Source: Patescibacteria group bacterium
GTDB taxonomy: Bacteria; Patescibacteriota; Minisyncoccia; Phycocordibacterales; Phycocordibacteraceae
DNA length: 47,003 nt
Direction of reading: 5' to 3'
Assembly: GCA_018970425.1 (NCBI GenBank)
Contig: JAGWWK010000001.1
Span: forward strand, 1-47,003
Of this stretch, positions 26,767 to 35,397 are shown in pieces (the stretch's first letter is position 1; every line of letters starts with the position of its first letter). The position numbers and the translations under genes were made by a program. A model generated the notes under the pieces. The model was not told where the DNA came from. It saw nothing but the letters and a program-made list of their open reading frames with translations, and made no database searches.

Positions 26767-27609
26767 CTATCGCAGCGCTCGAATGGTGCCCAGAGACTCC
26801 GCGATGAGACCTTTTAATTCCATATGCGTAAGAAGAACGAGCGCGTCACCGACCGGTATACCGAGTGCGCGTATAAGCTCATCTCGGGTGAGTGGCTCGA
26901 AAAGTAACTCAAGCACTGTGGATTCTTCAGTCGAGAGGTGTACTGGCGCTAGAGAGGATTGGGTATCGAGTCCGACAGCGTCCAGGATGTCTTCTGCGCC
27001 TCTACAGGGAGCGGCGCCAAGTTTCATAAACAAGTGTCCACCCGCCCCACCATCTGAAAATATTGAGTGCGGTACACACAACAGCTCGCGGTTATAGTCG
27101 GCCGCCAGGCGCGCAGTAATGAGAGTGCCGGAGCGGAGGCCTGCCTCAATGACGACAACTGCATGTGATACACCCACCATGAGGCGGTTACGTTTTGGGA
27201 AGAAGTGCACTTTGCCTTTTTCACTCGGGGGAAACTCTGATACCAGAGCTCCGCCCGCTGCAAGGATGTCGCGCGCGAGTGGTGCGTGCGTCGCAGGGTA
27301 GAGTGCGTTGTCGTTAAGGCCCGATCCGGGAAACGCGATGGTCGGGATTCCGTGCTTGAGTGCGGCACGATGCACTGCGCCGTCTACGCCAAGCGCCATA
27401 CCGGACACTATGACGACTGGCTGGTCCGCAAGTCCTGCTACGAGTTGCTGAACCACCTCGGCTCCGTACTGACTCATGCGGCGTGAGCCGACCATAGTGA
27501 TAACCTTGCGCTCGAAAGAGGGTAGGGTGCCGCGCAGGTACAGAGACTCTGGTGGCTCAGGTATTTCAGCGAGTTGAGGCCAATAGTCACTGCGGGTGAG
27601 TGTTTCCAT
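26767..27609 (-). CDS. dprA: DNA-processing protein DprA (Smf)
   Basis: Rossmann-like DprA core GSRRMSQYG ... IVSGMALGVDGAVHRAAL. Confidence 0.85.
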   Translation of the reverse strand: METLTRSDYWPQLAEIPEPPESLYLRGTLPSFERKVITMVGSRRMSQYGAEVVQQLVAGLADQPVVIVSGMALGVDGAVHRAALKHGIPTIAFPGSGLNDNALYPATHAPLARDILAAGGALVSEFPPSEKGKVHFFPKRNRLMVGVSHAVVVIEAGLRSGTLITARLAADYNRELLCVPHSIFSDGGAGGHLFMKLGAAPCRGAEDILDAVGLDTQSSLAPVHLSTEESTVLELLFEPLTRDELIRALGIPVGDALVLLTHMELKGLIAESLGTIRALR

Positions 27610-27640
27610 ACAGGAGGAGTGGTAGTATTATTGTACCGCT

Positions 27641-28921
27641 ATGTTAGACATCCAATTCATTCGAGACAATCCTGACATTGTCAAAGCCGCCATACAGAAT
27701 AAAAAGACTGAACCCGTTGACGTTGCCGAGCTGATCGCACTCGCGGACTCGCGCAAAGCACTGGGTCAAGAGCTCGATGCCCTGAATCGCGCGCGGAACG
27801 ACGCGCAGAAGAATCGCGACATCGAAACCGGGAAGCGCCTCAAGGACGAGGCAGCCGCGCTCGAAGCAAAGTATGCCGCGGTTGAAAAGTCCTATGTCGC
27901 GCTCATGCTTAAATTGCCAAACATTCCATCACCTGACACGCCAGTAGGAATGAGCGACGACGCCAACAAGGTACTCCGAGAGGTGGGCGAGAAGCCACAC
28001 TTCGGTTTTTCACCTAAGCCGCACTGGGAACTTGGCGAAGCGCTTGGACTCATTGATCAAGAGACTGCTGGCGAGGTCTCAGGTGCTCGTTTCACATACA
28101 TTAAGGGTGATTTAGCGCTCATGCAGTTCGCGCTCCTTTCACTCTCCATGTCCATTCTCACGAATGAAGAAACACTGGCGGACATTGCACGTAGAGCTGG
28201 GCTCACTGTTTCAACAAAACCTTTTGTACCGGTCATTCCTCCCTACATGATGAAGTCTGCGGTGATGAACCGCATGGCGCGCTTACAGCCCCTCGATGAA
28301 CGGTATTTCTTTGAGAAAGACGACATTGTGCTCGTGGGATCCGCAGAGCATACGCTTGGTCCCATGCACATGGATGAAAGTATTCCTGAAGCAGAGTTAC
28401 CAATCCGGTATGTAGGATACTCGCCGGCATTCCGCCGTGAAGCGGGTACGTACGGCAAGGATACCCGCGGCCTCATTCGCCTTCACCACTTCGACAAGAT
28501 TGAAATGGAGACGTTTGTGCGACCGCAAGACGGGTACACGGAGCAAGATTTTATCGTTGCCATACAGGAACACTTCCTTCAGCTCCTTGGACTGCCGTAC
28601 CAGGTAGTGCTCAAATGTACGGGCGATCAAGGGACACCAGATCATCGTGCACTCGACATGGAGACGTGGATGCCTGGGCAGAACGCGTACCGCGAAACAC
28701 ATACCTCCGACTATATGGGCGGCTACCAGTCACGCCGCTTGAACACGCGAGTCAAACACGCGTCTGGAGAGTCTGAAGTTCTGCATATGAACGATGCAAC
28801 GCTTGTCGCGATGGGCCGCATGCTCGCTGCGATTCTTGAAAATTACCAGCAAGCAGATGGCACTGTCCGCGTCCCGCGCGCACTTCGTCCGTTTCTTGGG
28901 AAGGACGTAATTGGTGCTTGA
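27641..28921 (+). CDS. serS: Serine--tRNA ligase
   Basis: N-terminal coiled-coil arm; class II motifs (FRREAG, TLVAMGRMLAAILENYQ). Confidence 0.95.
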   Translation: MLDIQFIRDNPDIVKAAIQNKKTEPVDVAELIALADSRKALGQELDALNRARNDAQKNRDIETGKRLKDEAAALEAKYAAVEKSYVALMLKLPNIPSPDTPVGMSDDANKVLREVGEKPHFGFSPKPHWELGEALGLIDQETAGEVSGARFTYIKGDLALMQFALLSLSMSILTNEETLADIARRAGLTVSTKPFVPVIPPYMMKSAVMNRMARLQPLDERYFFEKDDIVLVGSAEHTLGPMHMDESIPEAELPIRYVGYSPAFRREAGTYGKDTRGLIRLHHFDKIEMETFVRPQDGYTEQDFIVAIQEHFLQLLGLPYQVVLKCTGDQGTPDHRALDMETWMPGQNAYRETHTSDYMGGYQSRRLNTRVKHASGESEVLHMNDATLVAMGRMLAAILENYQQADGTVRVPRALRPFLGKDVIGA

Positions 28922-28924
28922 CGC

Positions 28925-29692
28925 ATGCCGGAACCACGGCCTAAAAAGAGGAAACCGCTCACGGACCGCCGCACGCACACGCTCTACCTGCGCTCTGGCG
29001 CAGTTCTCGCTCTTATTGTTATTGGTATTGGCGGCATCGCATACATCACGCGTCTTCCGGCTGTCACGGTATCGCGCGTCGACGTGCGCGGCGCACCGGA
29101 ACTTACCGAGTCAGTCCGTGGCGCGGTCACTACTGCACTTGAGGGGTCGTATGCGTTTATTATTCCGAAGCGCTTTGCCTATACGCTGCCAGAGGGCGAT
29201 GTGCGCGCCGCAGTCCTGACAGCAGTGCCGGGAGTTGCTGACGTTGCGGTTTCGCGCTCGAGTGGCTCGGAGGTTGTGGTCCAGGTGGTCGAGCGAGAAC
29301 CGCGCGCGCGCTGGTGCGAGGCGCAGTGCGTCCTCATAGATGCGCACGGGTACGCCTTTCGTCCTGACGATGGTGTCACGCGTCGCACGTACTCGGGCCG
29401 AGAGCCCGTGCTCGGTGAGCGATTTATTGAGAATTTTTTGGATCTTGAGCGCCTCGTAACGACGATAGAGGGCGCTGCGAGCACAACGGTGCAGGCGGTG
29501 CGCGTGGATGGTACTGATGTATACGCAACAGTCACTCCGAACGGAGAAGTGCGCTTTTTACTCACCGCAGACGCGGCAACGCTTCATGCTGCCGTGTCCG
29601 CGGTACGGATGTCTCGTGCGTACGCACACGCGCCACTCGAGTATATAGAGCTTAGGTTTGCGAATAAGGTGCTTGCAAAGTTTCGAGAGTAG
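28925..29692 (+). CDS. ftsQ: FtsQ/DivIB-like cell division protein (TM + POTRA domain)
   Basis: N-terminal TM, then POTRA-like VSRVDVRGAPELTESVRGAV ... VVQVVEREPRARW ... VLIDAHGYAF. Confidence 0.6.
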   Translation: MPEPRPKKRKPLTDRRTHTLYLRSGAVLALIVIGIGGIAYITRLPAVTVSRVDVRGAPELTESVRGAVTTALEGSYAFIIPKRFAYTLPEGDVRAAVLTAVPGVADVAVSRSSGSEVVVQVVEREPRARWCEAQCVLIDAHGYAFRPDDGVTRRTYSGREPVLGERFIENFLDLERLVTTIEGAASTTVQAVRVDGTDVYATVTPNGEVRFLLTADAATLHAAVSAVRMSRAYAHAPLEYIELRFANKVLAKFRE

Positions 29693-29894
29693 CGAGTTTA
29701 CTAGGAACTCAAAACTACAACCCCAGACAAAATCCCGCATGCCACTATAGCTGCGGCACACCAGCCGCGAGGGGTAAGCCCTACTATCCTTCCGATATAC
29801 AAATTATTCGGGTCAGAAAAGTGTGGCACATCAAAGGGAGAGCCGTCTTCAGGTGTACTAGGGCGCATGAGAAGTGTAGTGTATACTACGTCAC

Positions 29895-31106
29895 ATGGAT
29901 AGGCAAGATGTCAATTTTTCCGACATTCCTGACGCTCCCGGCGTGTACTTTTTTAAGCGCGGGTCCGAGGTTGTCTATGTCGGTAAGGCAACGTCTCTAC
30001 GGAGTCGCGTCCGAAGCTACTTTGATGGAGAGCTCCTCGCAAAACGCGGTGCTCTGGTCGATCGCGCGGTGCGCGATGCTACATCGATCTCGGTTGAGCA
30101 GACTGACTCAGTACTTGAAGCGTTAATACTCGAGGCGTCCTACATCAAAAAGTACTCTCCCAGTGGCAATAGTCAGCAGAAGGACGATAAAAGCTTCAAC
30201 TACGTCGTCATAACTCGCGAGGAGTACCCGCGCGTTCTAGTCCTACGCGGGCGAGAGCTGGATGCAAAGGCGCCGCGCGAGACGCGCGCCCACGTGTTTG
30301 GCCCCTTTACGCAGGGAGCCGCTCTTCGGGATGCGCTTAAAATAATCAGGAAAATCTTTCCGTTCTATGATGCGGCGAGTCGGAGCGAGCACACACGGCG
30401 GTTTTATCGCGAGCTCGGTCTCTATCCGGGAGAGGATCGAGATGCGTATCGTCGCACAATACGGAGCATTGTGCTCTTATTTTCTGGAAAAAAGCGACAG
30501 CTCATACACACCCTCGAGCGCGAGATGCACTCCGCTGCCCGCGCAGAGCGGTTTGAGACCGCAGCTCTCCTACGAAAGCAAGTGTTTGCGCTCACGCACA
30601 TTCAAGACATAGCGCTCATTAAGGATGAGTATCGTGCACCTCCGAGTCCGGGTTTCCGCATAGAGGCTTTTGACACGGCACACCTTCGCGGCGAGGCGCC
30701 GCGTGCCGTGATGACTGTGGTTGAGAATAGTGAGCCAGACAAAGCGCAGTATCGAGTATTCACTATCCGCACCGCGAAGGGGGCAGATGACTTTCAGGCG
30801 TTGCGCGAGGTGCTTACGCGCCGTTTCGCGCACCCAGAGTGGCCGTATCCGCAACTAATAGTGATCGACGGCGGGGCGACTCACCTAAAGGTAGCACGCA
30901 CTGTCCTCAAGGGCGTGACTGATGCCGAAGTATGTGCAGTAGTTAAAGACGAAAAGCATCGTCCGCGCCAGATTCTAGGGAAGAGCTCCGTCACTCGCGT
31001 CCATGAGAAAGCTATTCTTCTCGCTAATGCTGAGGCACACCGCTTTTCAATTGGGCGGCACCGGCGCGCGCTCCGCGCTACGCGACGCGGATCATCCTTG
31101 ATATAG
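29895..31106 (+). CDS. uvrC: Excinuclease ABC subunit C, short form (GIY-YIG + UVR + RNase H-like domain, no C-terminal HhH2)
   Basis: GIY-YIG PGVYFFKRGSEVVYVGKATSLRSRVRSYF; UVR helix hairpin EREMHSAARAERFETAALLRKQVFAL; RIEAFDTAH. Confidence 0.8.
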   Translation: MDRQDVNFSDIPDAPGVYFFKRGSEVVYVGKATSLRSRVRSYFDGELLAKRGALVDRAVRDATSISVEQTDSVLEALILEASYIKKYSPSGNSQQKDDKSFNYVVITREEYPRVLVLRGRELDAKAPRETRAHVFGPFTQGAALRDALKIIRKIFPFYDAASRSEHTRRFYRELGLYPGEDRDAYRRTIRSIVLLFSGKKRQLIHTLEREMHSAARAERFETAALLRKQVFALTHIQDIALIKDEYRAPPSPGFRIEAFDTAHLRGEAPRAVMTVVENSEPDKAQYRVFTIRTAKGADDFQALREVLTRRFAHPEWPYPQLIVIDGGATHLKVARTVLKGVTDAEVCAVVKDEKHRPRQILGKSSVTRVHEKAILLANAEAHRFSIGRHRRALRATRRGSSLI

Positions 31107-31113
31107 TGCGCGT

Positions 31114-31815
31114 ATGGAGCGCGAGAAGCATGAACAGCTTGTAGCCGAGCTGAGAGACCCGACGGCTCTTGCAGCGTTTTGCGCTGCGTGTGACTCCTAT
31201 AGGCCTCATCGTATATCGCGTATTCTTGCAGGGTTCCTTATCAATGCTGGGAATGTCATATATGGAGCGCGTCCGTCGTATGGCAAGTTTAAAGCACTTG
31301 AGGTGATCGCTCGCATCCCGTATCAGTCATGGGAGGCGGTCGCGTACACGCTCCTCACCGTATTTTACTCCGACGAGCACCGCGCCATTCGCCTCTCGCG
31401 CATTATTCCGTTCGCGCGACATGCTCAGGACAACGAGACCATGCATGTTGTAGTACTCTCAGCGCTTGCTCGCAGGCACGGGGCACGTGGGTTCATTCGC
31501 TTCACGGCAGTACCGCTTGTTTTTTCGTTTGCGTACTACTGGGCTATCTGGGTGCTCTCGATCTTCGACAAGCATATCGCGTTTGAAATCAATTTCTTGT
31601 TTGAGTCACACGCGTACGAGCAGTATCGTGCGTTTATTGACGAGCACGCACTCGCGCTACGTGGTCGTCCGGTTGAGAGTGCGTACCTCAGGTTCTATGG
31701 TCGTACCGTACAAGATGAGCTCGAGCTGTTTGAGTCGATTGCGCTTGATGAAGTCATACACCGAAATGCCTCCGTTGATATGCTCCGCGCAATGAGCCAC
31801 GGGCACGCTGCATAA
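31114..31815 (+). CDS. Alternative-oxidase-like (AOX/PTOX family) di-iron carboxylate protein
   Basis: Four motifs spaced as in AOX: LEVIARIPY, DNETMHVV (ExxH), LFESHAYE, LDEVIHRN (ExxH). Confidence 0.55.
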   Translation: MEREKHEQLVAELRDPTALAAFCAACDSYRPHRISRILAGFLINAGNVIYGARPSYGKFKALEVIARIPYQSWEAVAYTLLTVFYSDEHRAIRLSRIIPFARHAQDNETMHVVVLSALARRHGARGFIRFTAVPLVFSFAYYWAIWVLSIFDKHIAFEINFLFESHAYEQYRAFIDEHALALRGRPVESAYLRFYGRTVQDELELFESIALDEVIHRNASVDMLRAMSHGHAA

Positions 31816-31829
31816 GCTACAATACATGT

Positions 31830-32789
31830 ATGTCTCGCATTGGCGTTCTGCGCGGCGGCGTGGGTGAAGAGCACGATGTGTCCCTTAAAACGGGTCTCGC
31901 AGTTCTACGAAAGCTTGAAAACACCCACGCAGCGGTAGACGTGTTTATAGATCGGCGCGGCGTCTGGCATGTCCGTGGCGTGCCTATGCCGCCACAGCGC
32001 GCGCTCGCAGGCATTGACCTTGCGTTTAATGCGCTCCATGGAGCGTATGGTGAGGACGGCGGCGTTCAGCGCGAGCTTGAACGCATCGGGGTGCGCTATA
32101 CCGGGCCTGAGCCGATGCCGGCGTCGCTCGCAATGAACAAAGTTGTCTCAAAACAACTGATGGCGGCACAGGGAGTACTCGTTCCGCGGCATGTACTTGT
32201 CGGAGTCACGCCGAATTTAGAACGGAGAGCGCTCGAGATTTGGCGCTCGTTCCCGCAGCCCTCCGTAGTGAAACCGCTCGCATCAGGCTCGTCAGTAGGT
32301 GTGACGCTTGTGAAGACGTTTGAACAGTTTCTGGACGCGTTAAAAAATGCGTTTCAATACGCTAAGGATGTTGTTGTTGAAGAATATGTGCGCGGTAGGG
32401 AAGCGACCGTAGGCGTCATTGATCGCTTTCGTGGGCAGCAGGTATACGTACTGCCGCCGGTTGAGATTATCCTCCCCGTCACATCTGAGATTTTTGATTG
32501 GCAGGCAAAGTATGGTGGGAATGCCGTTATTCGCGTACCTAGCGGATTTACGCGTCAGGAAGTACTAGCGCTCGAGTCCGCCGCGCGCGCGGTACACGCA
32601 ACGCTCGGACTCCGCCACTATTCGCGAAGTGACTTTATTATGACACCGCGCGGTCCTTACTTTCTTGAAGTTAACGCGCTTCCGGGGCTCACGGAGACCT
32701 CTCTCGTACCAAGGTCGCTCGAAGCCGTCGGATCGTCAATGGATGAGCTTGTGGCACATGTTATTTCGCTTGCGCTTGAGAAAAAATGA
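31830..32789 (+). CDS. ddl: D-alanine--D-alanine ligase
   Basis: ATP-grasp fold; FNALHGAYGEDGGVQ, VVKPLASGSSVGV, EVNALPGLT. Confidence 0.93.
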   Translation: MSRIGVLRGGVGEEHDVSLKTGLAVLRKLENTHAAVDVFIDRRGVWHVRGVPMPPQRALAGIDLAFNALHGAYGEDGGVQRELERIGVRYTGPEPMPASLAMNKVVSKQLMAAQGVLVPRHVLVGVTPNLERRALEIWRSFPQPSVVKPLASGSSVGVTLVKTFEQFLDALKNAFQYAKDVVVEEYVRGREATVGVIDRFRGQQVYVLPPVEIILPVTSEIFDWQAKYGGNAVIRVPSGFTRQEVLALESAARAVHATLGLRHYSRSDFIMTPRGPYFLEVNALPGLTETSLVPRSLEAVGSSMDELVAHVISLALEKK

Positions 32790-33124
32790 AGGACTTACCA
32801 CAAAAGCATTGCGTTCCCTGCGAGGGTGGTGTGACGCCGCTTGCTGGCCCCGAGCTCGACCAGTATTTAATAGCTCAGCCAAGCTGGCGCGCGAACGCTG
32901 ATCGCACTGCGATTTCAAAAGATTTTTTATTTACTGACTTTGTGAGCGGTGTCGTGTTTATTACTGACGTGGCTCATATCGCAGAAGAAGAAGGGCACCA
33001 CCCGGACCTAAACCTGCACAACTACAACAGGGTAACGGTTACGCTATCAACACACGCAATCAAAGGGCTCTCAGAGAACGACTTTATCCTAGCCGCAAAA
33101 ATAGACGCACTTTCGTCGCACTAG
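32786..33124 (+). CDS. 4a-hydroxytetrahydrobiopterin (pterin-4a-carbinolamine) dehydratase
   Basis: EGHHPDLNLHNYNRVTVTLSTH signature; ATGA overlap with ddl. Confidence 0.8.
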   Translation: MKDLPQKHCVPCEGGVTPLAGPELDQYLIAQPSWRANADRTAISKDFLFTDFVSGVVFITDVAHIAEEEGHHPDLNLHNYNRVTVTLSTHAIKGLSENDFILAAKIDALSSH

Positions 33125-33369
33125 TCTTTTTCGCGCTCGAGCGGTACCCAATACTCACGTTTTTCGCGTGTGGCTGAGTTTTTAAGCATCAGTATTACAC
33201 CTGTTACCGAGCCAGTGACTGTTTCAGCAAAAAATGCTCCTTGAATACCACCAACATACCAGCCTCCCAGAGGAGCAATCACATTTAATACTGCAAGAAG
33301 CCAGCCATCGCCATAGAGCATTCGCAGTGTTCGAATGTCATCGGTGCTCGATTCTTTAGTCTTGCTCAC
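33121..33369 (-). CDS. Small hypothetical membrane protein (start moved to GTG 33369)
   Basis: ORF 33121..33456 runs into a terminator hairpin. On the minus strand a tatact box sits 6 nt upstream of GTG 33369. Two predicted TM helices. Confidence 0.4.
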   Translation of the reverse strand: MSKTKESSTDDIRTLRMLYGDGWLLAVLNVIAPLGGWYVGGIQGAFFAETVTGSVTGVILMLKNSATREKREYWVPLEREKD

Positions 33370-33454
33370 AGGGTGAGTATATCGCCCATAACCATTCCGG
33401 CTAGACGTGGCACTAGTAGCGCACGGGGCAGTAGCTGCCGCAAGCCAAAAAAAC

Positions 33455-33472
33455 ATCCCGGTGGTGCGGGAT
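33455..33472. terminator. Bidirectional terminator hairpin flanked by an A run and a T run
   Basis: aaaaaaac-atcccg-gtggtg-cgggat-tatttttttt; serves the minus-strand gene ending at 33572. Confidence 0.65.
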
Positions 33473-33571
33473 TATTTTTTTTATTGTGGACTGGGCTGGT
33501 TTCAGTTGGAACTCTCTTGTAGCAGAACTCAAGCTGTGGGCTGAACTGCAAGCGGAAATGACTTCTTTTAC

Positions 33572-34198
33572 CTAAACAAATGCTTTTGCATCTTCACCAA
33601 CAAGTTTCGCTGCCGACTTACCTGTTTTTTGTAAATACTCTTTTACTATCTGGAAACCCAAGGAATAAGCGGCCCAGCGAGGAATATCGTCAGAGCCAAA
33701 AAACCAGGCCCAGTGATTGTAATTCTGATTATGATAATCTGCTCTCGCTCTTTCCTTCAGTTTCGCCAATACTTCCCCTTGCACAGCTATGCTCCAAGGC
33801 TTTGGTTGTCCTCCGTTTATCTCCAGGTCAAAATGGTCAGCCAAACCTTCCGACACGATTGCCTCAAGAAGTGTCTTCCCGTAGCCAACGGCCTGCCATC
33901 GTGCACAATGATGTAGCTCGTGAGCTACAGTACTTTTTGTCTCGGTCGCAATGTTATTTTTTAGGTCAGAATGGTTGGGGTCAACACTCATATAGATCAA
34001 ATGCGCAGTGGGAGCAAATCCGCCTACTCCCGTTTCAGGAATTGCCGCATCGGGATTATCTACAACAATTACATCCACAGAGGGAAGTTTTAGTCTTTCC
34101 TCAATTTGAGCCAGCGCGAATTCAAAAGCACCCCTTATTTCTTGTTCAAAGGGATTTAGGCGATCACTGGCTTTTAAGATATGCAAATTCACACTCAT
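33572..34198 (-). CDS. DUF2268-like putative Zn-dependent peptidase
   Basis: HELHH (HExxH) motif in VAHELHHCARW; visibly lower GC than surrounding genes. Confidence 0.6.
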   Translation of the reverse strand: MSVNLHILKASDRLNPFEQEIRGAFEFALAQIEERLKLPSVDVIVVDNPDAAIPETGVGGFAPTAHLIYMSVDPNHSDLKNNIATETKSTVAHELHHCARWQAVGYGKTLLEAIVSEGLADHFDLEINGGQPKPWSIAVQGEVLAKLKERARADYHNQNYNHWAWFFGSDDIPRWAAYSLGFQIVKEYLQKTGKSAAKLVGEDAKAFV

Positions 34199-34262
34199 AA
34201 AGTTCCAATATCAACTATGGTAGCAAAAAATAACCCTTATAAACACTGGACAAAATGTGTTG

Positions 34263-34335
34263 TGGACCCTGCCGGATTCGAACCGGCGACCTCCTCATTG
34301 CAAATGAGGCGCTCTACCAACTAAGCTAAGGGCCC
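34263..34335 (-). tRNA. tRNA-Ala (anticodon UGC), G3:U70 present
   Basis: Reverse complement gggcccttagcttagttggtagagcgcctcatttgcaatgaggaggtcgccggttcgaatccggcagggtcca. Confidence 0.9.
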
Positions 34336-34408
34336 GAGTGAGGAGCGCCGCGAGTGCTTGCACTCATGGCGTCCGAGCGATGGACCCGCACTGTTTCAGT
34401 TTGGGCCT
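34336..34408 (-). repeat. Single 73-nt tRNA 5'-flank module (U-family, Ala type) abutting tRNA-Ala(UGC)
   Basis: The reverse complement is 72/73 identical to the units at 36741-36886 (aggcccaaactgaaacagtgcgggtcca + tcgctcggacgccatgagtgcaagcactcgcggcgctcctcactc). Confidence 0.85.
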
Positions 34409-34416
34409 TCGCTCGC

Positions 34417-34887
34417 TTATGCTAGCACAAATACGAGTGCTGGGACAAGAATACCAATAAGCGCCCCAATAAGGACCTGCATTCGCGTATGACAGCGTAT
34501 ATGGACTCGCGCAGCGCCTACAAGGACTGCGAGTACGGCGGCACCTCCTGCTACGGGAAGTGCATACTCACTGGGGACGGTATACAGGGCGAGTGGAGCC
34601 AAAAACCATGCAAAGGCGCTGTGTCCTGATGGAAACGCTCCCAGTGAGAGGCCGTGAGCTCTTTCACCGTTCGGTCGTGTGCGCCGTGTGAGTACTTTGA
34701 GGAACGCAATTGCGACACCCAGGGCCGCGAGCGAGATGAGTATTCGAAACCCCGCTTCGGGATCGCCGTTCAGTGCGATGTACGTCGCGTACGCTGCAAC
34801 AATAGGCGCAAAACGAATCGGTGTGAAAAGTGAAGTTGCATGCGCCAGGCGCGTTACAAAAGGTAGTGCCATGGGCACATGATACAC
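34417..34887 (-). CDS. PAP2-family phosphatase (membrane)
   Basis: KVLTRRTRP, PSGHS, and RVHIRCHTRMQ, corresponding to the three PAP2 motifs. Confidence 0.7.
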   Translation of the reverse strand: MYHVPMALPFVTRLAHATSLFTPIRFAPIVAAYATYIALNGDPEAGFRILISLAALGVAIAFLKVLTRRTRPNGERAHGLSLGAFPSGHSAFAWFLAPLALYTVPSEYALPVAGGAAVLAVLVGAARVHIRCHTRMQVLIGALIGILVPALVFVLA

Positions 34888-34895
34888 TTCAAAAC

Positions 34896-35288
34896 ATGTT
34901 CGCTCTGAGCGCTTTTCTGACGAGTGTCATGATTATAGTATTGGTTGATTATGCATGGTATTCACTTACGCGGAAGCATTTTTACGGCGTGATCAGCGGG
35001 CTTAAAGATCGCGTCGGACTACCAGGCCTCGTGAGTGCGTACGCCGCGCTAATAGCCGGACTCTTATTTTATGCGACGCTTCCTGCGCTCGCGGGAGGGA
35101 GCGTTTGGTACGCGCTTGTCCTGGGCGCCTTATATGGAGTTGTTGTATACGGTATCCATGCCGGGGCAGGGTATGCGCTCATGCGAGGTGTACCATTGCG
35201 GGTTGCAGTCGCCGAGTTTGCGCACGGAGTAATCCTCATGAGTTTGGCGTGTATGTTCGCGTATCTCGTTGGAAGCGCGCTAGTTTAA
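34896..35288 (+). CDS. DUF2177-like integral membrane protein
   Basis: ORF 34830 trimmed to ATG 34896, which lies 7 nt downstream of a tgaTACACT box. Four hydrophobic helices. Confidence 0.5.
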   Translation: MFALSAFLTSVMIIVLVDYAWYSLTRKHFYGVISGLKDRVGLPGLVSAYAALIAGLLFYATLPALAGGSVWYALVLGALYGVVVYGIHAGAGYALMRGVPLRVAVAEFAHGVILMSLACMFAYLVGSALV

Positions 35289-35306
35289 AATACAGCGCTC
35301 ATGCGC

Positions 35307-35312
35307 TAGAAT
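35307..35312 (+). promoter_or_regulatory. -10-like hexamer TAGAAT, 8 nt upstream of tRNA-Val +1
   Basis: tagaat 35307-35312, tRNA starts at 35321. Confidence 0.4.
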
Positions 35313-35320
35313 AGCCACAC

Positions 35321-35397
35321 GGGCGGCTAGCTCAGCTGGTTAGAGCGCACGCTTCACACGCGTGAGGTCACAGGTTCGATTCCTGTGCTGCCCACCA
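35321..35397 (+). tRNA. tRNA-Val (anticodon CAC), CCA encoded
   Basis: gggcggc/gctgccc acceptor, anticodon loop ttcacac, T arm acaggttcgattcctgt. Confidence 0.9.

Noticed and set aside
29697-29830. Possible 47-codon minus-strand membrane ORF, or an SRP/other ncRNA, in the ftsQ-uvrC spacer
   Set aside because: There is only a GTG-initiated short ORF with no promoter-like box at the usual distance. I recognised no conserved SRP-RNA motifs. The evidence is too weak to report as a feature.
33370-33456. Longer version (111 aa) of the minus-strand ORF ending at 33121
   Set aside because: The extension runs into the bidirectional terminator hairpin at 33455-33472. A -10-like box lies 6 nt upstream of GTG 33369.
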